Positions 11,433-25,041 are shown, counted from the stretch's first letter. The stretch: DNA of 64,000 nucleotides from Lophium mytilinum (GCA_010093605.1 MU004184.1:2180801-2244800); one strand, 5' to 3'. A program made the numbers and translations. Notes: generated from the sequence alone by a model not told the origin.

Positions 11433-13950
11433 ATGGCATCTACCACCGACACTTCTACCGCTACGACAGCGCCTGGAGATACCAATACAACACCTAGAAA
11501 CCCACGGGGAAGAGGAGGCGGTCCAAGAGGCGGTCCAAGAGGCGGCACGTCCGATCAAGGGTTCACACACGCTGCCAACAACGACCGAGGGCGGGGTGGA
11601 CGCCGAGGACGCAATGGGCGAGGACGAGGGCGTGGCCAAGGGGAACGGCCATCGGAGGATCATGTAGATAAACCACCTCCGGTTGTGCCTCCGCCACCTC
11701 TCCCAGACTTGAACAGATCAGTCCCTCGCCCCAGCAACGGCGAGCAAAACCTCACCCAGGATGGCGGGGAAGCAGGCGACTCAGAAGTTGAAGAATGCTG
11801 GATTTGCGCTTCTCCTGTAGTCCATACCGCCCTCACACCATGCAACCACCGTACCTGCCATATCTGTTCCCTCCGGCTTAGAGCGTTGTACAAGACGAAA
11901 GACTGCGCACACTGCAGGGTAAGCATATTCCTGAGTATTCCCCTCAGTGGTCTTATTCTGATATGGCGAAATTCTAGACGGAGGGCGATTTTGTGATATT
12001 CACCGACGACGCTACAAAGAGATATGAGGACTTTGCAGCTGCCGACATATCAAGCTCTGATGACAATCTTGGAATTCGTTACGAGAATGTCGAAATCTAT
12101 GAGGACACTGTGCTGTTGCTTCGGTACAACTGTCCCGACCCCAGCTGCGATGTAGCATGTTTGGGCTGGCCCGACCTTCACCGTCACGTCAGAACCATAC
12201 ACCAGAAGGCCATGTGGTAAGTCGACCGTTTTCATGTTCCCCTATAACTTCTAACCTCTACAGTGATCTTTGCACAAGACACAAGAAGGTCTTTACTCAT
12301 GAGCATGAATTGTTCACACCCAGTCAACTCAAAACCCATCAAAAGTTCGGCGATGACAACCCTGGCGCAGTCGATCAGAGTGGGTTCAAGGGGCATCCAG
12401 AGTGCGGTTTCTGCCGCCAGCGCTTTTACGGGGATGACGAGCTGTATACTCATTGTAGAGATAAGCACGAACGATGTCACATCTGTGACAGACAGAGTAA
12501 TGGACGCAAGCCACAATACTACGTCGACTACAATTCACTGGAGGTCCATTTTCGCAAGAACCACTTTCTCTGTCCGGACAGTGAATGCCTGGAGAAAAAG
12601 TTCGTTGTGTTCGACTCGCAGCTGGACCTGAAAGCACATCAGCTCCAAGACCACCCGGAGGGACTATCCAAGGATGCACGGCGGGATGCAAGGAGAGTGG
12701 ATATGTCAGGTTTCCAGCTTCGAGCCCCGCATGAGCCGGAGAGAGGTGGTAGGCGTGAAGGCAGAGGGAGAGGAAGGGGCCGTGATCCGAATGCAGAGGC
12801 ATTACCTGCGTCGTCTGCACAGCCCCTCCGAAGAGACGAACTTGCGTACCAACGCCAGATGGCTATTCAGAACGCACAATCATTTTCGGGTCGAAGTTTT
12901 GGAGGACAGCTGACTTCTTCCGATGCATTCGCCGCCAGGGCGCCACCAGGGACGCAGGAGCCATCTACGGTCACTGCACCGCGACCGGTTACGAATACTA
13001 ACACACTTGCTGCCTCCGTTGGCGGTCTCCAACTTGGCTCAAATACACGGACTCCCGTGAGTGGCTCGCCTCCCCAAGAGACGGCGCTATCGCCTCAAGA
13101 TCAAGCGCGAAGACAACGACACAGCGCTGTCACGGAACGAGCAAGCAACATGCTGAACAACGAAGCCTCCAAGATGGGGCAGTTCAGGACTAAAGTATCC
13201 TCTTTCCGCACATCGTCAATAACGGCGACGGAGCTGATTGAAGCCTTCTTCATCTTGTTCGACGCGTCGTCGGCTGATCTTGGAAAACTTATCAAGGAGC
13301 TTGCAGACATCTTCGAGGTCGGGACCAAGAAGGACGATCTTCTTCGAGCATGGTCAGACTGGAAAGCCATCAACGAAGACTACCCGTCACTTCCCGGTGG
13401 AGCAGTTCAGTCTCTACGGAGCGGGTCCACTGGACATGGCGGATCGCGAGTGCTGAAGCTGAAGACTTCGACAGCTCAGTCGTCCCAGTCGGCGCTCAGC
13501 AGGCAAGGGAGCTGGGGATCTTCGAACAGCCCAGTGTTCCCCGCACTATCGTCTAGTGCAGCGTCGGGGTCGCGAGGTGCGGCTTCCAGACCAGGGACTA
13601 CGCCATGGGCGACGTCTGGCTCGAACCGGCCGTCGCCTGCTCCAACTCGGACGGTTTCTCAGGTTCCCAGTAGTAGCAATGTGACAGCACGGGCTAGCGA
13701 AGCTTTTCCAGCTCTCCCAGCAGCAGTAAAGCCGAGGAGTACACTCTTCTCGCCAGGGTATGGGGGCGGCAGCGCTGTGCGAAGGGAGAATGGCAATGCT
13801 ACCGGCAATGCGTGGGGCGCAGGAACAGGGTCTGCCAGTGGTGGGCAGACTCCTCCTGACAGGGCTTCGGAAGAGGATGTGGCGGGTGGAAATGGCCAGA
13901 AGAAGAAGGGCAACAAGAACAAGAAGCAGACTCTGTTCCACTTTGGCTGA
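11433..13950 (+). CDS. HEL2: RING/C2H2 E3 ubiquitin ligase Hel2/ZNF598 (ribosome quality control); introns ~11919-11977 and ~12217-12263
   Basis: RGG-rich N-terminus; RING CWICASP...PCNHRTCHICSLRLRALYKTKDCAHCR; GFKGHPECGFC, HCRDKHERCHICD, HFLCPDSECLEKKFVVF; C-terminal KKKGNKNKKQTLFHFG. Confidence 0.93.
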
Positions 13951-14179
13951 GGTGTAGGGGAGTAGAAAGCACACGTTGCCTAGCATGACGCAGGGTGCGG
14001 ACGCTAGCAGTGAAGCAGTAGACAGCCAGGACGACCAATATTGATTAGCGAGTACTATCACTTCTAAGCATGGCGTTTGGGATGCTCCTTGTCAGCAGCC
14101 GTATGTACTGCACTCTTACAGACGAATAGAAGCCGGCAGCAAACGACTATGAATGTCTGAAATAATGAGCACTTAATGT

Positions 14180-14432
14180 ACTGAACATTGACATATTAAG
14201 CTTTGAGATACTAAACACACTAACATACTAAACACTGAGAATCTAAACACTAAAACACTAGCCTAAGCACACCAGCATAATGAATGCAAAGATACTAAAC
14301 AGACTACACTACCGAACCCACCAGGATACTGGATACTGGATACGAACTACACCAAGATACGGAATACCAAGATACTAAGACCCAGCACACTAAGATACCA
14401 AGCACACTACGAATTAGACAGCTAGAGAGACC
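14180..14432. repeat. Degenerate ~7-bp tandem array (GATACYR / AACACTA), A+C-rich on the + strand
   Basis: Repeated units gatacta, aacacta, gatactg, gatacca and gatacgg over about 250 bp between the HEL2 3' end and the velB upstream region. Confidence 0.6.
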
Positions 14433-15395
14433 AAGGGCAGCAAGATGACGTGGTGACGGCGCAGCGGAGGATGGGGGCAACCGTGGGGCTGCACGAGACG
14501 GGTTCATCCGAGGCCACGGACTGGGAGCAGCAAGGGCGGACGATTGGGCACCCAGGAAGCGTTTCAGCACGCCGCAATGCACATCTCCCGTGCTAGGCGT
14601 CCGAGGCTTGTCAGGCCGCCTTTCACTCCCGATCCAAAGAGCACGTGATGACGGCAGCGGGCCGGTGCGGGCTGCCGAGACGGGGAGCTTGGAGCGCGGT
14701 GGTGCCCGACTCTGCTCGACGGGACGGGCCGAGGAGGATGAGACAGGCGGCAACGCTGCGCAGCGATGCATGTCCCATTCAAAAGCTGACGTCTCGGTCG
14801 CACGCATCGTCGACGTCGTCCTCTCGACGAGCACGGATGGGTGACGTGCAGTAGCTTGAGCGTCGCTGCTCGCCCGCCGAGTCCCCACAAACCGCTAGCG
14901 CTCCCGCGAAAGCAGCCACGCTAGAGAGCTCCCACCTGCACCGAATCTCGCCGTGCTCCCCTCCCGTCTGAATATCGGACGTCGAACATCAAACACCACC
15001 GCGCCCCTCGAGCTCTACGCCCTCACGCCCGCATCGCCCGCCTTGCGCATCCCGCTGCTCGCGTCCAGTCTTCGGCACGCCGGTCAAGCGCCTCTCCCAC
15101 GGCCCGTTGCGACGTCCAGCGCGTCCCGTGGTCCGCCCCCGCAGCACACCCGGCCGCACAGTGCTTGTGCAACGTATGAGACTCGCTCTCTGAGGGCATG
15201 CGACTAGGCCTAGAATAAGCTTTCCACGGTTCCTGCTGCGGTACCCCCCACAGCGCCTCCAAGCTTTTACAACTTCCGCGCATAAATCCTGCTGCTGCCA
15301 ATTTCTCTGGTCTCTTCTTCTCCCATCTCGACCTCTTCCACCTTCAACTCCACCCCCCAAAATATCTCGCGCCAGACGCTCTCGTGATCGACAGC

Positions 15396-16713
15396 ATGTA
15401 TAGCCGCCAGAACGGGCATGGCGCCCAATATCCCATTCCTGCGCCCACAGGCGCCGATGGACCTCCGTCCCAAGCCAGCTTGAGCATGGTCCCCATGGCC
15501 GCCAACCAAGCCGCCCACAGTACCACTACGAGGCCCTACTGCGGCACTAAGAATGGCCGCACCTATTCGTAAGCATCCCGCCCACCAGTTTCAGTGTACC
15601 TGTTTATGCTCACATCTGCGCAGCTTGAAAGTCGAACAGGAACCCGTCCGCGCTCGCATGTGCGGCTTTGGCGACAAGGTATGAGACTTCCCACTACTAT
15701 AAATGCCTACTACGCCAATTACTGAGACTAATGGCCCTCCGCAGGACCGCCGCCCCATCACCCCACCGCCCTGCATCCGGCTCATCGTGACGGATGCGAA
15801 GACCGGCCTGGAGATACCTTTCGAGTACGTAGGTCCTCCTTGTCGTCACCTATGTTTCCTTCTAATCACCGCGCGTATCCAGTGAAGTCGAAAGCACCTT
15901 CTTCGTCCTCACCGTTGACCTTTGGGACGCCGAGGGTACTCAGGAGGTCAACCTGGTGCGCCATTCCAGCGGTGCCCCAAGCGTATCCATCTCCAACTCT
16001 ACCACGACATCTTACCCGCCGCCACCAGAACGCCCAGCTCCCACTCATATATACATGGTGCCCGCATACAGCCACCCGTATAACAACATGCAGCAGCCCG
16101 CGCAGTCACAAGCCGTTCAGTACGGCGCTCCTCCCCCAATGCAGGGCTATGGCTATGCGCCGCCCACTGCACCTGCGAACGGCTATCAATATCCCCCAGC
16201 CAACAACATGCCGGGCTATAATGCTATTCCAATGAGCATGGCGGCAGTACAGCCTCCGCCCGCGACTGCCACTGGCATGTTCACCCGGAATCTCATTGGC
16301 AGTCTGTCTGTCAATGCCTTTCGCCTGCACGACACGAACCAGAAGCCAGGCTTCTGGTTCGTGCTTCAGGATCTCTCGGTCCGCACCGAGGGAAATTTCC
16401 GGTATGTTTGCTTTCCTTGTAGTCGCCGTCGTCAAAGCCATACAATCAGCTAACGTGGCAATCCAGTCTCAAGATGAATTTTGTGGATGTTGGTAGCGGC
16501 CAGCCTGGTCACAGCTTGAACACTGGCAGAGCACCTGTCCTGGCAACGTGCTTCTCCGACAAATTCCAAGTATTTTCAGCAAAGAAATTCCCTGGCGTCA
16601 TCGAGAGTACGAGCCTGAGCAAGTGCTTTGCGGAACAGGGGATCAAAATTCCCATACGTAAAGAAGGCACAACGAAGCTTGCCAACCAAGAAGAATTTGA
16701 CGCTGACGAGTAA
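15396..16713 (+). CDS. velB: Velvet-family regulator VelB (5 exons, split velvet domain)
   Basis: YS|LKVEQEPVRARMCGFGDK|DRRPITPPPCIRL, FFVLTVDLW, then a Pro/Tyr-rich insertion that splits the velvet domain (the VelB hallmark). It continues MFTRNLIGSL..WFVLQDLSVRTEG and FSAKKFPGVIESTSLSKCFAEQGIKIPIRK. Confidence 0.92.
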
Positions 16714-18480
16714 GTAGCAAAGGAACCTGTAGCTAAAGCACCAGACGTCAAGCGAGGCTACGAAGAGTGTCGTGGATCTTCTGATGAATCATGATGCGTC
16801 ACGCATTAGATGTAGCGAACGCATCTTTCGAAGTAGTAAGATAGTGAAACGACGATGATGCTTCCGACTGACCTCTTAATCTTGCCCATCTCATTAGGTT
16901 CGGACTAGGGAAAATCACACGGGTTATCGTTCTAGATTATATTCCGTTGTTTCGGGTTTGTAGAGGTGATCTAATTTTGGATACGGAGTGGGATGCGTGG
17001 GTGGGCTTTCCTTGTTGTGTATCTATTCTTCCCAGTGTTTTCGGGGTTTTAAAGGAGTATAGGCGTTCTGATGGGAGTCCTCACGGGCTCTCATTCTACG
17101 TTTCTACGGGAAAAAAGAAGCGAATGGATATATTTAGTTGCGCGTTGGTCGTTGTTGTTTGTCATCGCTGGTTGTTGAGAATGGGTGGTGGTTTGTTACT
17201 GCTGTACTTAGTTCGCTCAAGATTTAAAACGGTTTCAAAATATTGAGGTTCAGGTTTACTCTGGTACCTGTAATGCAAGTGAATGACGTAGCCAAGGATA
17301 GGTAAATTATGCGTTTCATCCCGACGCAAGAAGAATGACGCAATCGACGTAAGATCACAAACTGTGAGAAACATGGCACATGCTAAAGTCGTGGGAATTC
17401 TGCCGATTCGCCCTCACTCATTAGACGAAAAAAAGGGTAAAAGATTCCGACTCCGTGGAGATGGGCGCGCGATTGCCACGACCGAACCCTTTTCTTTCCC
17501 GTGCTAAGGTTGAAGCCTTTTTTCCATCCCGGCCATCCGATGGCATGTCGTGGACCCCACGAGTCATGGCCCTCCCGCTGTGCCGCTGTACCGCCGTGAT
17601 CGTTGCGTGTGGTGTGGGACTGTGGGACCATCATGGGATTCTGAAAAAATTCCCATCCGAAGAATGCCATGACGGAGTCGCCGCCACTGGGGGGCTGCGC
17701 CACGCACCCGAGCAAGCACCCCAGCAAGGGGCTGGAGGGTGTGGGTTCCCCAACGTCAGAAATCTAGACCGCTGCCGGTCTGATCGACAGTTTTCTGTGG
17801 CACGGGGGGTTCCCTTGTAAAAAGAGGGTCCCAGGATACATACTGTATAGTCTCTAGGCGAGTTCGGTGTGTTCGAGGCGGGGTGGCACGGCTTTTTCGA
17901 CGCCGTGTTTTCGCCACTTGTTGAACAGAGAGTGAGACATGTTCTGATAGTTACAAAAATCCATTCTGAGTCAGGGTCATTTTCGCGTAGAGGCGATCTC
18001 CTTGGCTAGAACAACATAACGTACCTGGGCGATTGTTTGGCGATATGTGGTGGTCAGGTCAGGTCAGGTCTTTCGATCGTATACAAACCGAATGCAAATG
18101 CAACTATGCCACCCCAGTGGCGACTGGCTAAAGATACATCTCTCAAAAACATATTTACAAAAATAATCAAATTGAAGTGACAGCAAGTAAAAAAAGTAAA
18201 TAGATTCGGGGCATCTCGCTTTCGGCTTCAAGCCATACCAATTCCATTCATTGGTCATAACAATAATAATGAGTGCCGTTACATCGTTGCTTCATCGTCG
18301 ACTGTCGAGAAAAGTACGAATTAAAATACCCTGCCCGGCAGGTCGAAAGTAAACGCTCTCTGGCTGCTCTTTTTTGGGAAGTTCGAAATGCTTTGAAAGT
18401 GACATTGTTGGCAATGCAATTCACGTAGTTCCAAAATGAACCCCAGAAAGACAAAATACATTACCCAGCTCTTCCATAAC

Positions 18481-20577
18481 TCAAAACGGCCTCATCGTCG
18501 GCGGCATCTGCATGGCTGAGATGTTTGAGGGCCCAGTGTTGGTCTGTCCCAGGCGATGGAACATCTGTACGAGGCGCTTTCCCACGCTTGTCTCGAGCTC
18601 TGTGCCATCCCTAGCAATCTTAACCTCGCGGTTGGCGTTCCAAGGGTTGCGAAGGCCTCTAGTGCGGTAGAATGGGAGTCTGCTTGTCGATATCCATTCC
18701 ACCTTGAACGGCTTGCCCCATGTTTGTGCAGTGGCCAAGAAATCAGTTCCAGCTGGTGTGGACTCGACTTCGGGAGCGTTGCTCTCTTCGCCTTCGTTGT
18801 CAGACGTAACAGCCTCCCAAAAGATGGTCCCTCGCGCCGAGTCGTCTATGATTCTTCCCTTGGGCGCATGTTCGGTAGCAGGTGTCGGAATAGACTTTGG
18901 GACATCAGCCGTCTCTGAAATCTCAGCCCTCGCGACAGTGTTTATAATCTGACTGGCGTCTTCGTGAATGGACGAAGTCATTCGGGCATATCCAAAGTAC
19001 TCGCCAGATTTGTTGGCTGAAAAGATAAGATAAACGTTATCGGCAGACTATACGTTTTGTAAGCTCGTGGCAGATAGAACATATGAGTTTTTTTCTCACC
19101 TCATAAGCCTTGTTCAGCGTCTCTTCGTTATGAGATTGAGTAGCCCAGATTCCATTTCTTACGCTAAGCTCCAGATCTTGAAGCGTCAGACTCTTGACTA
19201 TGAAGAACTTCTCAGCAACTCGGGTCGTGTTCTCAGCCTCCTCAGGAGTGGCTTCTACTTTAGCCTCTTCAGTTTCGAGTTCCCCATCGACAAGTGGAGG
19301 CGTTCTTTCTGGAGAGATGCTAGGTGGCCGTGGTCCTGTCATTGCGGATGGGCCAGTTGGAACGCCTGATGTAGCAGCTGAACTACGGCGCAGTCTACAC
19401 ACTAATCGAACGCCTTGGAAGCGTGAGTCGTGAAACCTGTGCATCGCATCCGCGCAAGAAGCTTCTGTCCGGTAATTCACAAAGGCACAGTTACTCTTGG
19501 AGATGAGGAACAGACTCTCGATGTCCTTGGTTGCGTCCTTCGAAAAATGATCCTTCAGATCGATCACTGTCGTCCCAGGTGGCAGGTTTCCGACCCACAG
19601 AGCATGCCCTGACTGTTTAGGTTTTCGAGGTGGTCCACGGGGAATTGAATTGGCTGTCGGCTCTGCGCTTTGTCTGTTTGCACCTAATGAACCATATATT
19701 AGTGAGAGAATAGGAACTGAGATAGGGAATTCATACCTTGTACGCCTGCGCCGCCTGTATAATCACCCGGCATTCCTCCCGTATCAGATCTACTTGTAGT
19801 AGGATAACTTCCACTCAGTGCTGCCGGATTCATATTCTGTGCCATCATGGGCATTTGAGCTGAGGGCAAACTGGAACGTCTGTTGTATGCAGACTGTTGT
19901 GGGACTTGTGCGGGGTACTGTTGAGGATATGACCCCTGTAGTCCGTAGGGTGACGGGTAGTAGAGATATTGCGAGGAGGGTTGCATGTAATTTGCGTATG
20001 GCGCATTGAGAGGGTTTTGTCCAGCCGAACGTGTAGAGTTGGGATTGAATGATTGGTAGGCGCCATGGTGGGCGCTTTGGGAAGGGATGTAGTTAGAATA
20101 CTGGTTCTGAGCATAGCCATGAGCGAATGGAGTTTGTCCTTGATACATGCCGGAGGACTGATTTGGAAACTGCGCAAGTTGTTGGACTTGATATGCCAGA
20201 GCAGATGGCGACACTCCAGCGGGGCCACGGGGTCCTTGGGGCATCTGAGGATGGTTCTGAGCTGAAGAATAGTCGGGCAGCGCACCTGCTATCGAACCCA
20301 TGTTGAAGGTCGCAGGGCCAATGTCGTGTCCAGGAGCACTGCTGTAGGAAGTATTGCCATGCTGAACATGGGCGCGGGCATTATCGGGACGCGGTTGAGG
20401 TGCTGGCAGTGAACTGAACCGAGAGTAAAACGGGGCATTGGCGTTGGGGTTGCCGAAATCAGTTGAACCTGGGTGCGCGGCGCTGATGGCGGTGGTCTTG
20501 GGCTCATCTTGAGAGAAGCCAGCTCTTGAAGACTCAAACGACTGGAAGCCTGCAGGGTCGCTGGTAAGGTCGCCCAT
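18481..20577 (-). CDS. RRM + YTH (YT521-B-like) domain RNA-binding protein; 3 coding exons, 5'-UTR intron ~20611-20734
   Basis: Low-complexity Q/S/Y/P N-terminus; RRM (ALWVGNLPPGT..LFLISKSNCAFVNY); YTH (FFIVKSLTLQDLELSVRNGIWATQSHNE, VYLIFSANKSGEYFGYARM, WGKPFKVEWI, RNPWNANREVKIARDGTELE). Confidence 0.88.
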
Positions 20578-22226
20578 CTGTTCTTCGAGCACGACGGGTA
20601 GGGCGATCCACTGTTGCACCCAAACGAAAGCCATGTCAGCCCATAGCTTAGAGAGTAAACGAATGTGAAGGGACTTGGAGTAGACAGATAGAAAAGCTCA
20701 AATGTACAAAGTGACTTGAAGCCGTCGAACGTACCTGAATCTATATCACGGCGAGTAAGGTTGGTGGCAAGCCGGGTCCCAGAGGAGCCGAAAGGAGTTC
20801 GGAGTGATGAAGTGTGAGGCTTTGAGGTATGCCAATCAAGTCAGAATAGCGCGCAGAAAGGAGGAGATGTTAAGGCACGCAAGAGGACGCTGGGACCAGA
20901 ACGGGAGCGGATTGACCGTTGTGCACGAGGCGAGAGACAGCTCGCTAAAGGAACGGGTCGAGGGTGATCTAAAGGCGGCCAGTCAGACGACAGAAGCGTC
21001 TTGTGAGTCCCGCTTCGAGACTGACAGGTAAACGGCAGCTTCGATGAGAAGGGAATGGTCGGTGTGGAGGAGGCCCGAAATAGGGTTCGGCGGCGAGAAG
21101 CTCAGGCACAGGCGCGAGGTGAGCAGAGATCACGACGATGCTGGCAAGATACACCAAGCCTCTGCTTCAATTGCCTCCCGACACAGCGGTTCCCGGCGAG
21201 GTGATTGGGCAATGGGGGAAGACGCGGGCGCAGCCTCAGGCTAGAGAGGAAAAGAGGGTTCAGGGTGAAGGGCGCCCCGGGGGCAAAGTGATCGACCGAA
21301 GAGAAGCGTGGCAGGGTCACTGGCAGCACAGGAGGCAGTTCTTAAAATAATAAAAGAAGTCAATGGCCTGGAAGCCGCGGCGTCTGTGGCGAGAGACTAC
21401 CATCCTGGCGTGCGATCAGCAACGGGGGCAGTGGCTACTACGGCTCCCGGGAGGATCGAGCTCAATTCACCACATGCTGCCCAGGTGGCTGCCCATGACG
21501 CGAATGCCACAAATGCCACAAAATCAAAGCCGCAAGATCCCCTGCCAGGGCGTCAAGGGCTGGTGGGTACTCCCGAGACTGCACGCCAGCAATTCCTGCG
21601 CCGTTAGGGGGCGGCCAGCGAGCCAAGTCGAAGTTCGGCGCGTGGAGATGCTGCATTATTGCTCATTGCTCGGTGCATTACTTGCTGCTGGCGGGCAGAA
21701 CGGATGCTACGACGGCCCCCGTACTTGGACCACACGCGCGGTACTACCGGGCGTGTTGGGGCGTCTGGTGGGCCTAGTTGCAGCCAGCGCCATTCACAAC
21801 GGCGCCAGCAGGCCTGTTGACTTCTGCGGAGCATCCCCGAGATGCTCGGTGAGTTTGGTCACGGCAGCCTCGTGACGGCCCGACAGAGAGGAAGGCTGTC
21901 TGGAGAGCGAGGAACGAAACGCTGCCGCGGCCGCACTGTGGCAGGGCACTCGGCGGAAGCTGGAGAGAGCGCTCGAGGGTTCGACAGAGGACGAATTGCA
22001 GTCGGCAGATGCGGCGTGGCCCGTGGCTTTGGCAGGATTCCCGCGCCACACTTGCAGCACGCCTCGCCCTAGCAACGGCCTCGAACGACCCCCGGAGACG
22101 CTTCCTTTGCACTGCTAATACCCACTTCTCCCTCGTCGCTGGGGCATGGCAGACATAATGCAGCCGCGGTGCCATTTTGGACATGTCGACTCCCCGGCAT
22201 CGCACACTGCACACCGCACCCAGCTC

Positions 22227-22282
22227 TTTTGAATCAAGGTTGAAGCATGCCAATTTTGAATGAAGGTTGAAGCATGCCAATT
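22227..22282. repeat. 27-bp tandem duplication
   Basis: TTTTGAATCAAGGTTGAAGCATGCCAA is followed directly by TTTTGAATGAAGGTTGAAGCATGCCAA (one mismatch). Confidence 0.85.
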
Positions 22283-23876
22283 GCCCGCCCTCTAGCACAC
22301 CCACGGCTCACGCCACACTTCCCGCCGCGACCTAAGGCCTGCGCGCCGATCGCGGGCGAGTCATCGGGCGCTGGGCGTGGATGGGGGCATTCGTCAGCCT
22401 GATCGACTCCACTGCCCCAGGCACAACCACGTCTGGCCTCTAGCCGTCGATCTCGACGTCCAGCCGGCCATTCACACACAATGCGGCTGTGGCAAACAAC
22501 AGACGCTCACGCAGCGAGGCCTGCCGTGCCAACCAAGAGCCGCTTGCGACCCGAAGGACCCGCGAGCCTTGCCGCGGGTTCGGCGAGGGTCCCGTGAGCC
22601 AAGTGACCCTGAGAACCGATCTGCGCGAGGGGGACGTGAGGCATCGCGCTGTGCTGTAGGGAGACTTTGCGCTGCTCGTTGCGGGCAGAGTGATGGTTGA
22701 AACCATGCAGCATGTTGGAGTGCAACGTCGGCCAGCGACGTCATAGCGTGCAGTGCGAGTCCAGGCACGGGCGGCAGCAGGGCTCGAGAAACGAGGTAAG
22801 GAATGGGAATTCCGACTTCACGACGTCGGAGCCATGGGATTTGGCGTCGCATTGTGCAAACCCGGTCTACCGAAACCTAGATCAGGATCGTGACGTCGCC
22901 GGACCCTGTTTATCTACGCTCGGGCCACCTGAAACACTGCAGAGGCCGGCATTCGCCGTGAGCATCTCGTCTGATACTGTATCACTGCCATGTATCTGTC
23001 TTCCACCTGCTGCGCCCCCACAACCCCGTGTGGCGCGCTTAAGGGTCTTCGAAATGCTCCAGCCGTCTGGGTGACGGCAGACGGCTACGCTACACTACAA
23101 GTCCTCGGGCCAGTGCCGAGTCTGTTCGCCACTCACTACGCCGCGCGTATATCTCCGAAGTGCTACACGCACATCTGACTGGATGCTACACGTGTTTCGA
23201 CCCAGCCGACGAGACCCTTTGTGGCTAGAAGCCCTGGGAAAATCTAGGTGATCCGTAGCCAGCCGACGGGCAGATCGCCAAGTTGCTATATTCGGCCTTC
23301 GTCTATGGACGGGGCAAGCACAAGTCCGTTCACAACTTTGTTTTAACATCCGTCGCCACTGTCAGGCCATCTTCAATGATAGGACGACGCGGCACCTTGA
23401 ATCATGGGGTGATAAGCTTAACATCACGTCCTGGTCTTCGGTACCTCATTGGAGCACCTTAAACAGTGTCAAACCAGTGTGGAGTGGCGGTGGTCCAGAA
23501 GCGAGCCGTAGCCACGACGCCACAATCTTTAAGTCGACTCCTATTATCGATCACGTATGGGAAAATAGCAGACGGCATTTTAGGAGTGGAAGTGGTGCCC
23601 CAGATGTCAGTGTGAACTGCGACTTGACGTTTTCACTCATTTCTACAGCTTCTGTCACGTGTCGGAGTACGGCAACCAAGATGAGTGACACCAGTTTCTG
23701 TAGATATCTCACAGGATGTAGCCTTGTATAACTAGGTCGAAGTTTCGAAGGAGCGTAGATTTTGGACTTGGTGAGCCCTATTTCATTTGACAAAGCTATG
23801 TAGTTTTCAAGTAGAACAATACTTCGCAGCGACACGACTTCTAACTACATATACACAGGTTTTGTAACACTCAGTA

Positions 23877-24777
23877 TCAAGCGGCGGCAAGCTTCAGGTT
23901 GTATCCTTTCTGGTACCAGCTCCAGATGTTCAGGCCAATCTTCCTGCCAGACAGCACAGGTAGACCAGCATGCCAACTCTGTTTGTATCCCGTGCCGTCA
24001 GCCCTGAAGTTCTCCCAGAATACAGCATTTCCTTTGACAGGCTTGAACGTCACCCCGTCATAGTCATGCTTTGGCGAGCATTCAACAAACTCACACCACT
24101 TCTTGTGGGCGGGCATAGTCAGTCTTGGAAAGTTGGTACCTCCTCCGGTGCAATTAGCTTCCAGATACACCATGAAGCTTGACACCCTGCCAGACGACGG
24201 AGACGAAGTGCCCCAATCGTAATGATGGCGATAATGCCCGTTCTGGGTGTAGCGTTGGCTCCACAGTCGCTCTATGAAAACATCTGGACGCCATCCTTGG
24301 AAGACTCGGGCTCGCTCCTCGATGCACTTTACGGTGTTGTCTCTCTCCAGCCGGGCCTTCTCGGAATGCCGAACCGATGGATCAAGTCTTTCCTCGCCGC
24401 CTGTCCATACAGTTGAGGGCTCAAAATGAGGCTCGCTACATAATCAGATCAGCCAACGTGGTCGAATTGAAGAGAGGATATAATTGATCTAACCTGATTT
24501 TCACCAAATGGGCTGCCTCCTCGTCACTCAAGAACGACTCTATGTAGATAATGAGCGGTTCCGTGGAGAAGATGTTGATGTTGTAGCCGTGATGTGGGCA
24601 CGTGAGGTTCTCTTCTGGTACCACCAGGGATTCAATGTTCTTCAGGACCTCGCCGTGAGTCGAGACCTCGCGATCGACTTCGCCGAAAAGGGTGGTGAAT
24701 AGTGGCGCTCCTACGAACAGGTACCCCAGAACACCTAAAAAGGCGTATTGAATGAGGCTGCTCGCTTTGAAAGACAT
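23877..24777 (-). CDS. Prolyl 4-hydroxylase alpha-like 2OG-Fe(II) oxygenase; intron ~24437-24494
   Basis: N-terminal membrane anchor; FSTEPLIIYIESFLSDEEAAHL; HHYDW (HxD); SSFMVYL..GGGTNFP; KGNAVFWEN; HAGLPV...KIGLNIW. Confidence 0.88.
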
Positions 24778-25041
24778 CTTGGCAGAGCCGGAGGGATGGT
24801 GAGATTACAATGGAATCAAAATTCATGAGAACGCGTCAGCGAGGTACTAAATTAGCGGCCCGACAGGGGAGTCCATGCCGATAAGCGATTCTGAGTAATC
24901 AGGGGAAAAGGGTTTCTCCCCTGAACAGACCAATTTGGCGTGGCGCTAAGAAACTGCCTGGCCCTACTCTCAACAACAGATATTCAGAAACAAGAATGGA
25001 ACTAGGTTCAATTTTACCAAAACTACTTGATTGTTGGCGCA

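Noticed and set aside
14180..14432. CRISPR-like or telomeric array
   Set aside because: Eukaryotic context, no constant repeat with unique spacers, and the units are not TTAGGG/CCCTAA.
20578..20634. N-terminal MAFVWVQQW extension of the YTH ORF
   Set aside because: It overlaps a branch point (GCTGAC) and CAG acceptor of a 5'-UTR intron; MGDLT at 20577 is the likelier start.
20800..23800. Many 60-180 aa ORFs on both strands
   Set aside because: GC-rich, Arg/Pro/Ala-biased shadow ORFs with no recognisable domain or consistent splice pattern.
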